NCBI GenBank assembly: GCA_002104905.1
Contig: MCFE01000575.1
Location: 1-56,733, forward strand
Source of the DNA: Basidiobolus meristosporus CBS 931.73
Taxonomy: Eukaryota > Fungi > Basidiobolomycota
DNA length: 56,733 bases
Direction: 5' to 3'
Below are positions 24,498 to 36,552 of this stretch, piece by piece. The notes below the pieces were generated by a model, which saw only the letters and a program-made list of their open reading frames with translations, was not told the DNA's origin and ran no database searches. The stretch's first letter is position 1. Each line of letters opens with the position of its first letter. A program made the translations under genes and the position numbers.

Positions 24498-27400
24498 TGT
24501 TATGATCTGCCGCTTGAATGTTTAACTTAGATCAGTTTTTAGTCAAATCAATTAGTATATGTTTAGGTTATCAGTATATCAGTATTATCTATGAAATCAG
24601 TAGCATTAGTCAGCAAATGAATTAGCAGATCCTTATCAGACAGAAATAGATATATTAAGTAGGATCTTATTGGGTGATGATGATGCAATCAAATGAGTCA
24701 TCAGCCACAACCTACATTAGGAAATACAATTAGTCAGCAATTGATCTGGCAAAATGTATATAAGGAGCTGCTGGAACCTCAATAAAAATCAGTTCAAGTT
24801 TTAGTGAATACAATACTAGCTAAACTCCCTATTCCTCTACAACTCTTATACCAAGACTTGTAACAATTGCTCCAGAAAGCAAGTTACATTATGCAGCCTC
24901 TTACCTGGCAGATGCAGCTGTACAGTGGTACCACAACAAGATCAGGTCATCTACTATGATGGGATGCTCTACAATCTCTACCTGGGATGAGTTTGTGTCG
25001 GAAATTCAGGATGCTTTTGAACCTCCACACCAGCAGACACTACTAAGAAGGAAGTTAAAGACACTCAGACAGAAAGGAATGGTGCAAGAATACATCTATG
25101 AGTACAGATGTCTACTTGGGCAAATTAAAAGAATGGACCCCTTGGATCAAGTTGAATACTTTATTGATGGGTTGAAGGAAAGAACTTGCAAGGAAGTCAA
25201 TTACCAAAGACCTCAGACTATTGAAGAAGCCATCAAGATAGCCATTGACTATGACTCAGCTATGTTTGGAGTTGGGAAGCCTACAGTGAATAATCAGAAA
25301 GGCTATAATCATTATGAAAGAAGACAATCAGAAGCAGTACCAATGGAAATAGACGCTATGCAGAAGAATCCCTCCTTAGACCAATGCAAGAAGAGAGGAC
25401 TTTGCTTCAGTTGCCACCAGCAGGGACATATTGCAAAGTACTGCCCTCAGAGAAGAAATGGACACCAGCCAACAAGAACCTTCAACCATATTGAGTCCCA
25501 TGAACACAGTAATGTGGAAGATGAGCTTGAAGAAGACTTGGAACTCACCTTCCATATGACAGAAGAGTACTTGTCCCAAATGACTTCAAACTCAGGGAAG
25601 TTATTGTACTTGAATGGAGTAATCAATGGAGTACCTGCCAAAATCATGATTGACTCAGGAGCATCGCATGAGTACATGTCAGAGCAATTTGCTTTGAAAG
25701 CAGGAATCAACTTGGAACCTACCAAATCAACTTCAGTTTCCACAGCTGATGGGAACTCCCACATAATCAACCCTATTACCCAGCCAGTAAGAATGAAGAT
25801 CAATGACTATGAAGAAGACCTACAGGCTTATATATTTGGGAACTGCAAGTTTGACCTTGTACTTGGAAAAACCTGGCTATTTTGTTGTAATCCATCAATC
25901 AACTGGAGAACCCATGCTACTCACATTCAAAAAGACAACAAGACCTATGAGCTATTACCTACCATGCTGGATTTCAACTTGGTCAAATCCAGTGTGTGTG
26001 AGACAAGTGAACTTAGCAAGACCCAGTTCTGTAGAGCACTTAGAAAAGGTACCAAGATGTTCCTCATGGCGGTATTACATGAGGATCCCTCTACCCCAGC
26101 ACCCCAGCAGGTCCAGACTCTCTTGAAGAAATATTCAGACGTGTTCCCAGATGAGCTTGTAAGCCTACCACCAGTCAGTGACGTGGATCATGCCATTGAC
26201 ACAGGAGATAGCCCTCCAGTGAGCAAGACACCTTACAGAATGAGTCCATTAGAATTGGAGGAAATGAAGAGACAAATTGATCAGCTATTGGAGCAAGGAT
26301 ACATCAGGCCCAGCAAGTCACCCTGGGGAGCACCAGTGCTTTTTGTGAAAAAGAAGGATGGAACACTTAGGATGTGCATTGTCTACAGAGCCCTGAACTC
26401 AGTTATTGTCAAGACTAAGTACCCCATACCTCGGATTGAGGAGCTTTTAGACCAACTTAATAGAGCCACTATTTTCAGCAAGATTGACCTCATGTCAGGA
26501 TACAACCAGATTAGGGTGAAGCCAGAAGACATCCCCAAGACAGCATTCAGGACCAGATATGGACATTATGAGTACTTAGTCATGAGTTTTGGCCTCACCA
26601 ATGCCCCTGCAACATTCATGACGCTGATGCAGACTGTCTTTCAGGAGTACTTAGACAAGTTTGTGATAATCTACCTGGATGACATATTGATATACAGCAA
26701 GACAGAAGAGGATCATGTAGTGCACATTGAAAAGGTCTTGAGGAAGCTAAGAGAGAACAAGCTATATGGCAAGATAGCCAAGTGTGAATTCTTCAAGGAG
26801 CACGTTGAATACCTGGGACACATAGTGACTAGCACAGGAGTAACCTTAGACCCAAAGAAGGTGGAAGTAATCAAGAATTTGAAGCAGCCCCATAGCATAT
26901 CAGAACTCAGATCATTCCTTGGAATGGTTTCCTATTATCGGAGATTTGTCAAGTCTTTTGCAAGTATTGCAGCCCCTTTAACTGATATCCTCAAGAAAGA
27001 CAATACCTACAAGTGGGATATAGCTTGTGAGACTGCCTTCCAGACCCTCAAGAATGAACTTGCTAAGCTGCCAAGCCTAAGAATACCAGACTTCAGTAAA
27101 GAGTTGACTCTGTGCACAGATGCTTCAGATTATGCAATTGGTGGAGTGCTGAGCCAAGAACACAAGGGAAAGGACTACCCTGTTGCCTTTGAATCTAAGA
27201 AACTGAACTCAGCAGAACAAAACTATCCAGTCCATGAGAAGGAGATGCTTGCTATAATACACTGTTTGAAGACATGGAGATGCTATATTGAAGGAGTCAA
27301 ATGCACTGTGAAGACTGATCATGCCTCCCTCAAGTATATATTTACTCAGAAGGTACTCTCTAGAAGAATGACAAGATGGAGTGAATACATTCAGCAATTT

Positions 27401-29146
27401 GACCTGGAGTTTGTCTACTGCCCTGGAAAAAACAACACGGTTGCTGATGCCTTATCAAGATTAGATCAAGTTGCACAACTCAACTTGGTGCACAAATCAG
27501 ATTGGCCTAGCCTATTACCAAAGTACTTGGAGGACCAAGCCATTCCTAATGAGGTGGATAAAGATATCAAGAAGATAAGCCGTGATGAAGCCAGCAAATT
27601 TGTTGTACAGGATGAAACACTCTACCAAATTGTTGATGGAAGCCCTATTGCCTATTGTCCTTATGTTGCTCGCCTGGATTTAATACATCAGCTACACAAT
27701 GGATATGGACATCTTGGGATTGAAGGAACCTATAGCCTTGTGAAAGCCAGAGCATGGTGGCCCAGAATGAAACAAGATATTGAGAAGCTAGTGAAAACAT
27801 GCCCAAACTGCCAAATCAATCAGGGCCAGCCACAAAGAATTGCCAAACTCTTCCCTTTGGAGCCTGTAAGACCATTTGAGAGATGGGGAATTGACTTTAT
27901 TGGAAGACTGCCAACTACCAGGAAATGCAACCGTTGGATCCTAGTAGCTATTGACCACGCCACTAAATGGCCAGTTGCTAAAGCTGTACCAATAGCCAGT
28001 GAACAAGAAGTTGCAAGTTTCATTTACCATAATATCCTGATGAAGTTTGGATGCTCTGTGGAGATCTTATCTGATAGAGGAGCAAACTTTATGGCAAAGA
28101 CATTAGAAGCTTACCTGGAAATGCAGCAGATCAGACACTTGAAAACCTTGGCATATCACCCCAGAACTAATGGAGTCACTGAACGGTTTAATGGATTATT
28201 TGGAAAAATGCTGATCAAGTATGCAAATGGAGTTGTCAGTAGATGGGATGAGTATATAGACCAAGCACTCTTTGCATGCAGAGTCAGAGTACACAACACC
28301 ACCCAGCAATCACCATTTTACTTAGTTTATGGATGTGAACCAAGGATTCCAGGAGATCTCACACAACCAAAACTTACAGACACCTTAGAAGATGAACTCA
28401 GTCAGCCAAGTAGACACCAGCTACTGGAACAAAGACGTCAAGAGGCACAGACCAAAGTATCTCAAAGCGCAGAAAAGATGAAGCAGAGATTTGATAAGAC
28501 TATAGCACCAGAAGCATTGACAGTTGGGAACTTTGTATTGCTAAGAAACAACACTCGGAAGAAGTTTGAGCCACAATGGACAGGACCATTCAAGATCATC
28601 AGAGAATGTCCATTTGCAACTTACCAACTGGTGGACAAACAAGGCAATATCCGGGAAGACTTAGTGCATAGGGACAGACTCAAGCTTGCAAGACTTGCTG
28701 ATAGTACTGAACCATCAAGATATTGGTATCACAAGAAAAGAGATTCAGGAGAACCCTCTCAACTGTAGTAGGGGAGAAAGTTATGATCTGCTGCTTGAAT
28801 GTTTAAATTAGATCAGTTTTTAGTCAAATCAATTAGTATATGTTTAGGTTATCAGTATATCAGTATTATCTATGAAATCAGTAGCATTAGTCAGCAAATG
28901 AATCAGCAGATCCTTATCAGACAGAAATAGATATATTAAGTAGGATCTTATTGGGTGATGATGATGCAATCAAATGAGTCATCAGCCACAACCTACATTA
29001 GGAAATACAATTAGTCAGCAACTGATCTGGCAAAATGTATATAAGGAGCTGCTGGAACCTCAATAAAAATCAGTTCAAGTTTTAGTGAATACAATACTAG
29101 CTAAACTCCCTATTCCTCTACAACTCTTATACCAAGACTTGTAACA
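24498..29146 (+). mobile_element. Gypsy G1 copy, LTRs 24498-24865 and 28779-29146, TSD ATAT, lacking PBS and gag N-terminus
   Basis: LTRs differ at about 5 of 368 positions by eye; ATAT at 24494-24497 and 29147-29150; PPT GGGGAGAA before the 3' LTR. Confidence 0.95.
24956..28768 (+). CDS. Ty3/Gypsy gag-pol polyprotein, 1270 aa, uninterrupted (gag C-terminal half, CCHC knuckle, protease, RT, RNase H, integrase)
   Basis: [14 protein letters not shown]; MIDSGAS; SKIDLMSGY and YLDD; TDASDYAIG; HHCC (HNGYGH...CPNC); IDF/SDRG/TERFN; WTGPF; no chromodomain. Confidence 0.95.
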   Translation: MMGCSTISTWDEFVSEIQDAFEPPHQQTLLRRKLKTLRQKGMVQEYIYEYRCLLGQIKRMDPLDQVEYFIDGLKERTCKEVNYQRPQTIEEAIKIAIDYDSAMFGVGKPTVNNQKGYNHYERRQSEAVPMEIDAMQKNPSLDQCKKRGLCFSCHQQGHIAKYCPQRRNGHQPTRTFNHIESHEHSNVEDELEEDLELTFHMTEEYLSQMTSNSGKLLYLNGVINGVPAKIMIDSGASHEYMSEQFALKAGINLEPTKSTSVSTADGNSHIINPITQPVRMKINDYEEDLQAYIFGNCKFDLVLGKTWLFCCNPSINWRTHATHIQKDNKTYELLPTMLDFNLVKSSVCETSELSKTQFCRALRKGTKMFLMAVLHEDPSTPAPQQVQTLLKKYSDVFPDELVSLPPVSDVDHAIDTGDSPPVSKTPYRMSPLELEEMKRQIDQLLEQGYIRPSKSPWGAPVLFVKKKDGTLRMCIVYRALNSVIVKTKYPIPRIEELLDQLNRATIFSKIDLMSGYNQIRVKPEDIPKTAFRTRYGHYEYLVMSFGLTNAPATFMTLMQTVFQEYLDKFVIIYLDDILIYSKTEEDHVVHIEKVLRKLRENKLYGKIAKCEFFKEHVEYLGHIVTSTGVTLDPKKVEVIKNLKQPHSISELRSFLGMVSYYRRFVKSFASIAAPLTDILKKDNTYKWDIACETAFQTLKNELAKLPSLRIPDFSKELTLCTDASDYAIGGVLSQEHKGKDYPVAFESKKLNSAEQNYPVHEKEMLAIIHCLKTWRCYIEGVKCTVKTDHASLKYIFTQKVLSRRMTRWSEYIQQFDLEFVYCPGKNNTVADALSRLDQVAQLNLVHKSDWPSLLPKYLEDQAIPNEVDKDIKKISRDEASKFVVQDETLYQIVDGSPIAYCPYVARLDLIHQLHNGYGHLGIEGTYSLVKARAWWPRMKQDIEKLVKTCPNCQINQGQPQRIAKLFPLEPVRPFERWGIDFIGRLPTTRKCNRWILVAIDHATKWPVAKAVPIASEQEVASFIYHNILMKFGCSVEILSDRGANFMAKTLEAYLEMQQIRHLKTLAYHPRTNGVTERFNGLFGKMLIKYANGVVSRWDEYIDQALFACRVRVHNTTQQSPFYLVYGCEPRIPGDLTQPKLTDTLEDELSQPSRHQLLEQRRQEAQTKVSQSAEKMKQRFDKTIAPEALTVGNFVLLRNNTRKKFEPQWTGPFKIIRECPFATYQLVDKQGNIREDLVHRDRLKLARLADSTEPSRYWYHKKRDSGEPSQL

Positions 29147-29887
29147 ATATATTGCAGTGCTTCTTCAAGAGAAATGCTCAAGAAAACACAATCAAATATA
29201 GCAAAGATTTATTGCAAGCATATGCAGACCAGGTGCTAGAGCTTGCAGTGGCAGCTGAGGACCAGGGCATATAAAATCCAGTGAATGAACAAAAGCATAA
29301 AGCCAAAATGCTTCTGCCAAAGTCATGGAAAAAAGGTGTTTCAGCTAAAATAATTGTCAAATGGTAGATTTTCTTGAAGTTACCCACTGAGTGAGAAGTT
29401 GCACTCAATGCTGATTTTGGATACAGGGACCTGTATACATAAGTATAGTTGGTATATGAAGTTACAGCTGAAGCTTTAATGGAAGTAAACTAATTTGTTT
29501 GCAAGAAAAGTAAGAGCATTAGTGGAGTCAGGAAGCAAGGAGTGTTAAACACAGGCAATAGCCAATCATTGTAAACAAACTTTGGAGGTGATTGAGAGTA
29601 TCAGAAAGTGAGAGAAGTGGTATAGAACTAATCAAAACCATGTATGTACTGTTGTGATGAGGAGTTTTGACCAAGCTTTCTGTGATATCTGCAGTGCAAT
29701 TTTTCTTGACAGTCTTTACATGGTGTCCCTATGGCATCAATACTTCTTTGTCATTGGATTTCAACTTTTTGACAGCCATTTGACAGGATCATCAGAGCCA
29801 TCTTTTTTAGGGAAGGTAGCTGAACTGCTCCATGAGCATTATTCTGGACTCAAACAAGCAATATATTTTGGGCCTGCATTGAAATAC

Positions 29888-30554
29888 TATGGTAATATAT
29901 AGGTCCAAGGGAGAGATATGTCCAAAAGTTTCAAGTGTTATATGTGTAGAGTGTTTACTGGGTGCAATAACCTCTTGCAAAAGCTTGATAGGAATACTTG
30001 GGTCCTGTCATTACTCTAATGTGAAAGGGGATGAAGCCACACTGGTTAAGGAAAAACAATTGAGCTACAATCCTCTGCTCAGTTGGTGTCTTAACAAAAG
30101 TATGTACAGGGTTTGGCATCCTTTGTGATGACAATGTACCAAAGCTTTCAAGGTCAAAACAACTGTTAACTCTACCAGCAGGGAATTGATGAGAATGCAG
30201 CCATGGATAATTGCTACAAAGGTAGAAAAGTATCTTTACTTGAACAAGAACAAACCTGGAAGAGAATCAAATATTACAAAAGATACCTACTCAGAGTATT
30301 CCTCAGACATAGTGCATTGGCCCTGGTGCAGGAACTTGCCTAATTCAGAAGCACTTACACCCAGAAGTCATACACAAAGTGAGGGATAACTTTTGCAACA
30401 CATAAGCTGGTATTCTAGTTAGCTGGCTTATGGAGTAGTACTGATCACATATCACAAAGGGGTAAACCTAAAGTAACAGTAGTACAAGAACAAGGAAGTA
30501 GAAAATATAAGAGTAGGCGTGTTGGTTAGTTTGTGTCACTGTGACCCCACTACA
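29888..30554 (-). repeat. Internally deleted solo LTR, Gypsy family B
   Basis: TATGGTAA...CCCCACTACA; flanks ATAC and ATGC. Confidence 0.8.
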
Positions 30555-32579
30555 ATGCTAACAAAGTATCTCAAGAACAGGAGAGGTACTCAAAGACAGA
30601 GGAGCAATGGTGCCACTCTTTAAAGCCAGTGGCTTCCTCAGAAGCACATTGCAAGCAGTGCTGAAAGCTCTAGATAAGCAGAAAAGAAGTGTAAGGTAGT
30701 CAGAAGAGTGCCAGTAAGAGCAGGTAGGCAGAAATGAACGCACCAGTGCTGCATTTATCAAGGCAGCAGTGCAGAACTAATCAGGAAGCACTCATTCAAA
30801 GTACTGTGAGCAATCTGGCACTGAAGAAAGCCAGCAGTTTTCTCAAGTTCCTGTCACATAAAGGACTCAATGCTCAAAATAAGCAGCAAAGAGATATTAG
30901 GTACCCAGAAGAGTGTCTATAGGAGACAAGCAGGCTGGAGTGGATGTAACCATGTAGTTTTTAGCAAGGAGATAATGTGAAACAATAGTTGAAGCCCGGA
31001 CTGAAAGTAGCAGTCAAAAATCTAGAAGTGATAAAGGCAGAGGTAACCAAAAGAAAGTGTACCCAAGCCAGAGCCAGGGAAGCATGAGAAAAAAGCTGCA
31101 GCTCTCACCAACTGATGCTTTTAGCCTAAGGCAGTCTATATTCCATAATAGGCAAGAAGAATTACCTAAACAACAATAGCTGTTGTCACAAGCATTGGAA
31201 GCATAGATGGTTGAGCTACACTCCTTAAGGTTGATAAGCCTGCAGAGAGAGACAAATTATCTACTACAACCCCAACATTTTCCTTTGTAGACAGAGTGTA
31301 GAGCACACCAACAAGCAAAACAACAATGTCAAGAAATTAGCGGATCATCTGAATGTCTTCAGCGGAATCATGGAGCATCAATAGGCACTTCAAGAGGTTG
31401 CAGCACTCCTTTAAGAGCAATGCACAAGATAATGCATCTAGTATTTCAAGGACTTATTGCAATGACTCTCCAACAAGGTGCCCAACCTCTTAGTGCTGGC
31501 TGATGCCCAGGACATATGGGAGCCACTGTATGAATAATGGCATAGATCTGTAGGGTCCCACCACAATCACAGGCAAAGGGCATATCCCTACGAAAAATGA
31601 TTGTGATGATCCTATCAAAAGGCCATCACAAGTTTTAAGTCCCGTGACTAACAGGTATTGACTCCATCCAGACATTGCAAAAAAATAATTAAACCCCAGA
31701 TATCATAAGAACCTTAATCAGAATTTTTCATCACAACAATACAAAAGTGGCGTTTGATCAGTTCTCTGCCAATTTTCTCACTTTCTGATCCCAGACACTC
31801 TATCACATCCTATGCTTGTGTGCATTGATTTGCTATTGCCTCTCTTTCACACTCCATACAACCTGACTCAATTGTTTCTCTTACTTTTTATGCATCCAAA
31901 TTGATTTATTTCCGTTGAAACTTCAGTTATACCACAATTGCCAATTGTACTGTGCTATACAGTCCCTATATTGTATACTAATATTAAGATCAATCCCACA
32001 CTTGACATGTAACTCCATTAAAATCTGCCACTCTATAAGTAATTCTATTGTAACACACTGCTTCTATGACTTTGGTGGGAACCATATGGCTTTATGCCAT
32101 TGTTCATTAACTGGTTCCCATACATCCTGGTCTTCAGCCAGCACTGCAAGGTCTAGCTCCTCATCTGCCAGTCTTTGCAATATGTCCTTGCTTTATTGTT
32201 CCAAAATCTCACCAAAGGCATTGTGTTTGTTGTAAAAATTTGTAATTCCACCTAAATGTTCACCTAACTTAGTCACTTAGATCATTACCCTCAAATTCTA
32301 GAGAATACTGACCAAATCCCTTGTCAGGATTTACTTATAATATTTTCACCAAAATACCAGGTACCCTGAACATGAGAATTCTCAAAGTTGTCCAAACAGC
32401 CCCAAACTTTGCACACATGTTCTTGGGACCTTCCTTAACCTATTCTATGTGTTTGTAATGCCAAGACCAGGTAAAAGTATAAATACTACTTTACATTCAA
32501 TAAATCATTAAGTGAAAACCACAAATCTACTTGTCCTCCCAAATCACTTCCAATATCTCCAAGACTCTTACAACAGGTT

Positions 32580-33536
32580 ATGAGCCCCATGCTGTCACTC
32601 TCTGCAATGTCTACTACTGCTATTACTGGAATTTTTCCTTCTGCTGAAAAGTTGGATGGATCTAACTACCAAGTGTGGAAGGTCAAGATGAAGATGCTGC
32701 TACAAGAAAGAGGCCTCTGGGATATTGTCATGGGAGAAGAATGCCCTCCTAAAAACATGGGAGAGGAAGCCTTAAGGTATCAGAAGAAAGAACAAGCTGC
32801 CTTTAACTGCATTTGCCTTAATGTCAAGGGCAAATTGCTAATTCAATGCTCAAGAGCAAAAACTGCAAAGAATGCCTGGAAAGCATTAGAAGACACCTAC
32901 CAGTCATGTTCAGCTGGCAAGAAGATGTATCTAAGACAAAAATTCCTTACCACAAAGATGCTGCCAGGAGAAGAAATGAAAAATCTAATTAACAGAATTA
33001 CCCTGCTGGTAGATGAGATGGAATCTGTAGGTGTACCAACTACTGATGAGGATGTGATATTTACCATCCTGAATAGCCTGACAGACAAGTTTCAGGCCTT
33101 TGTATCATCTCTAGAGTCCAGAACTGAAGATTTGACCTTAAATTACGTATTTGGAAGGCTCCTGGATGAAGAATTAAGAAAAACAAGCACCAATAAGAAG
33201 GAAGAAGAAAATGCTTTAATAAGCAATGATAACCAACAAAGGAGGTACCCAAGACCCTACAAAGGCAACAGCAACCTGTTTTGTAACTACTGCAAAAGGA
33301 AAGGACACACATCAGACCGGTGTCTCAAAAAGAAAGATAATCGGCAAAAGAAGTCTGAATATGGAAATGCTGCAACAACTGAAGATAGACTATTCATATC
33401 TTCACCAAATATGACCACAAACAAGGATTCTCAGACATGGTATATTGACTCTGGTACTTCTCAATACTTTACACACCAAAAAGAACTTTTTACCCCATAT
33501 CAAGAAATTCCAATTAAGAAGGATTTTCATGGGTGA
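32580..33536 (+). CDS. Copia gag (and start of protease)
   Basis: KLDGSNYQVWKVKMKMLL; CNYCKRKGHTSDRC; WYIDSGTS. Confidence 0.9.
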   Translation: MSPMLSLSAMSTTAITGIFPSAEKLDGSNYQVWKVKMKMLLQERGLWDIVMGEECPPKNMGEEALRYQKKEQAAFNCICLNVKGKLLIQCSRAKTAKNAWKALEDTYQSCSAGKKMYLRQKFLTTKMLPGEEMKNLINRITLLVDEMESVGVPTTDEDVIFTILNSLTDKFQAFVSSLESRTEDLTLNYVFGRLLDEELRKTSTNKKEEENALISNDNQQRRYPRPYKGNSNLFCNYCKRKGHTSDRCLKKKDNRQKKSEYGNAATTEDRLFISSPNMTTNKDSQTWYIDSGTSQYFTHQKELFTPYQEIPIKKDFHG

Positions 33537-36500
33537 CAATAGAACACTTGATGCAGTGGGAGAAGGAACTATCCAAGTAAACCTTAGAAGCAGTGCAGGA
33601 AGCCATACACTGACCTTTAAAGAAGTACTCTATGTACCAGAAATAGCCAAGAACCTACTATCTGTAAGCAAGGCCACAGCAGAAGGACTCAGTTTCAGTT
33701 TTTACAATTCTGGATGCAGGATCACTGATCAAAATGGTGCCCATATTGCTTTGGGCATCAGAGATCAGAATCTATACCTGTTGACTTTATTTCATCATAT
33801 TTGGAAGCCAATATAAGTAACTTAAATGAAGAAACACCAATGCTTTGGCACTGGAGATTTGGACACATCAATTTTGATTATTTGCGTAAAATGATCAAAG
33901 ATCAGCTAATTTCTGGAGTGAGAATTGATCCCCCAGCTAATTTGGAGCACTGTGAAGCCTGCATATATAAGAAACAAGCCAGATGGCCGTTCAAGAGCTC
34001 TGGGTTAATCAAAACTAAGAAAAAATTAGATTCTAATTCACTCAGTTCTGTGTGGACCTATGCAAAATTTATCCTTAGGCGGGATGAAGTATTTAATCAC
34101 TTTTATTGATGATTGTATAAAATACACATGGGTCTACTTCATGGAGAGAAAGGAAGAAGCTCCGTCTAAGCTCAGGGAGTTTAAAGCCATGGTGGAGAGA
34201 GAAACTGGTGAAAAAATCAAGAAAATATGCTCTGACAATGGTGGAGAATATACCTCAAAACTCTTCATCCACTTCTGCAAAATTCATGGGATAAAGCAAG
34301 AGACTACTGTACCATACTCCCCACAGCAAAATGGAGTAGCAGAACAAGCTAACAGATCAATAATTGCTATGGCAAGATCTATGATCCATGATCAAAAATT
34401 ATCCTATGATTTTTGGGCGGAATCAGTTGCCACTGCTGTATACCTTAAAAATAGGAGTTATAACAGAATACTTCGTGATTCTACTCCATTTGAAGCATGG
34501 TACGGATACAGACCAAGTGCAGAACATCTAACAATATTTGGGTGTACAGCATATGCCAAAAAACTGGCCGGAAATCAGTCAAAATTTGAGCTAAAAAGTG
34601 TAAAATGCATATTTTTGGGGTACTGCAATGAGAGTAAGGCATACAGACTCTACAATACCAAAGCAAAGAAGCTGATCAAGTCCAGGGATGTGTTGTTTGA
34701 TGGAAATTCAAAATTTTCACAAATAGTTACATCAGATGATGACAAAAATTTGATCTCAAGTCCACCAATTGTCAGGATTAAATCAGAGCAAAACAATGAA
34801 AATTTTTTCTCTCCAGAGTACTCTACAACCATGGTTCAGCCAGAATCAGTGCCCAGGAATATCCCAGAAGTGATCATTCCAGTATCAAATGCCCGTAGAT
34901 CCAATTGGACAAGAAGTAGCCCAAATTACTATATCAATGAGGGTACAAACTTAGCCTATGCCTATTCAGTCCATATTGATGAACCCCAGACTGTAAAAGA
35001 GGCCCTAAATAGCCCTCAGACAAAGTTTTGGAGATCTGCAATGACTGAGGAATATCAGGCCCTGATGGAAAATCAAACTTGGGACTTAGTCAAATTACCA
35101 ATCAACCAAAAATCAATTGGATGCAGATGGGTCTTCAAGACAAAATACAAGGCTGATGGCACAATTGAAAGATACAAAGCAAGACTTGTAGCCAAAGGAT
35201 ACTCTCAAACAAAAGAACTTGACTACACTGAGACCTTTGCACCGGTAGCCAAGTTTAATTCCATCAGATTAATATTGGCTATTGCAGCCAAATATAAGTT
35301 TTTTATTCATCAAATGGATGTAAAAACTGTATTTTTGAATGGAGAACTTGATGAGGACATTTATATGGGCCAGCCTGATGGGTTTGTTGACCAAAATAAC
35401 CCCCATTTGATCTGCAAGCTTAAAAAGTCACTCTATGGTCTCAAACAATCACCAAGAGCCTGGAATTGCAAGATAGATTCTTTTTTGGAATCTTTGAGTT
35501 TCAAAAGAAGTAATGCTGACTATAGTATATACTATAAGCCATATAGAGCAAATCCAGTTCTATTAGCTCTATATGTGGATGATCTTGTTATAGCCACCAA
35601 TAACCTAGAAACATTGGAAGAGACTAAATCCAGCCTATCTAAGGAGTTCAAGATGTCCAATCTAGGAGAACTTAGTTACTACTTAGGGATTACATTCTCC
35701 ATAGACAGAGGTACCCAGACTATCACCCTAAGTCAATCCAAGTATATTCAAGATATACTAAAGAAGTACCAAATGGAAGACTGTAAACCAGCAGCTACCT
35801 CAATGGAGACAAACCTTAACTTGGTCAAAACTCAACCAAATTAAGAGAGCTTGGTGCCATCTGAAAGCCCTGACTTTCCTTATCAATCTATGGTCAACAG
35901 TCTGATGCATATCATCCTTGGAACACGTCCAGATATCTCATATTCAGTGGGAGTTGTCAGCCAACATAATCAGAACTATGGATCTGATCATATTGCAGCA
36001 GTTAAGCTAATTTTTAGATACCTAAAAGGAACTGCTGATATTTGCTCAAGATACACTTATAAGGACTCAGAACAGGATCTTGTGGGATACTCTGATGCAG
36101 ATTGGGGACAAGATTTAGAAGACAGAAGATCCACCACAGGATACACCTTTCTTTACTGTAAAGGAGCAATTTCATGGGATTCAAGAAAGCAACCAACCGT
36201 AGCACTTTCTACCACAGAGGCAGAGTATATGGCAGCCTGTGAAGCTACAAAAGAAGCAATGTGGTTAAGAAAGCTGTTTACAGATTTCGGCCTATGTCAA
36301 AAAACACCTATTACTTTATTTCAAGACAATCAAGGATGTATACAATTAGGTAGAAATCCAACTTTTCATGCTAGAACCAAGCACATAGATATTAGACATC
36401 ATTTCATACGTGAAGCTATAGAGAATAACTTAGTTAGCTTAGTTTACTGTCCTACAGATGAAATGATTGCAGACATATTTACTAAACCATTATCTAGAGA

Positions 36501-36552
36501 CAAGTTTGAGTATCTTAGGTCCAAATTAGGACTAGTCAGTATGATCATTTAG
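33445..36552 (+). pseudogene. Copia pol (protease, GAG-pre-integrase, integrase, RT, RNase H) with about 3 frameshifts and 1 stop
   Basis: LWHWRFGHIN; SDNGGEY; QQNGVAE; MDVKTVFLNG; YVDDL; YSDADWG; RTKHIDIRHHFIRE; breaks near 33520, 33800, 34050 and 35844. Confidence 0.9.

Larger units (their letters stand above)
23400..31400 (+). pseudogene. Two tandem degenerate copies of unknown ORF Y (~23400-24497 joined to 29147-29700; ~29800-31400), interrupted by G1 and a family-B LTR
   Basis: Aligns with the reverse complement of 36913-37800 and 31750-32227, and with 48870-49430. Confidence 0.6.

Noticed and set aside
24498-24865. Short ATCAGTA/TCAGCA recurrences in G1 LTRs resembling a repeat-spacer array
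   Set aside because: Irregular spacing and no constant repeat; these are ordinary U3 motif duplications in eukaryotic DNA, not CRISPR
28600-28768. Chromodomain at the end of the G1 integrase as an explanation for heterochromatin targeting
   Set aside because: The ORF ends about 55 residues after GPF with no chromodomain pattern
31400-31750. CACTA terminal inverted repeats delimiting the large element
   Set aside because: No convincing CACTA/CACTG...TAGTG pair found here or near 5250, 46300 or 51300, so element ends are not called
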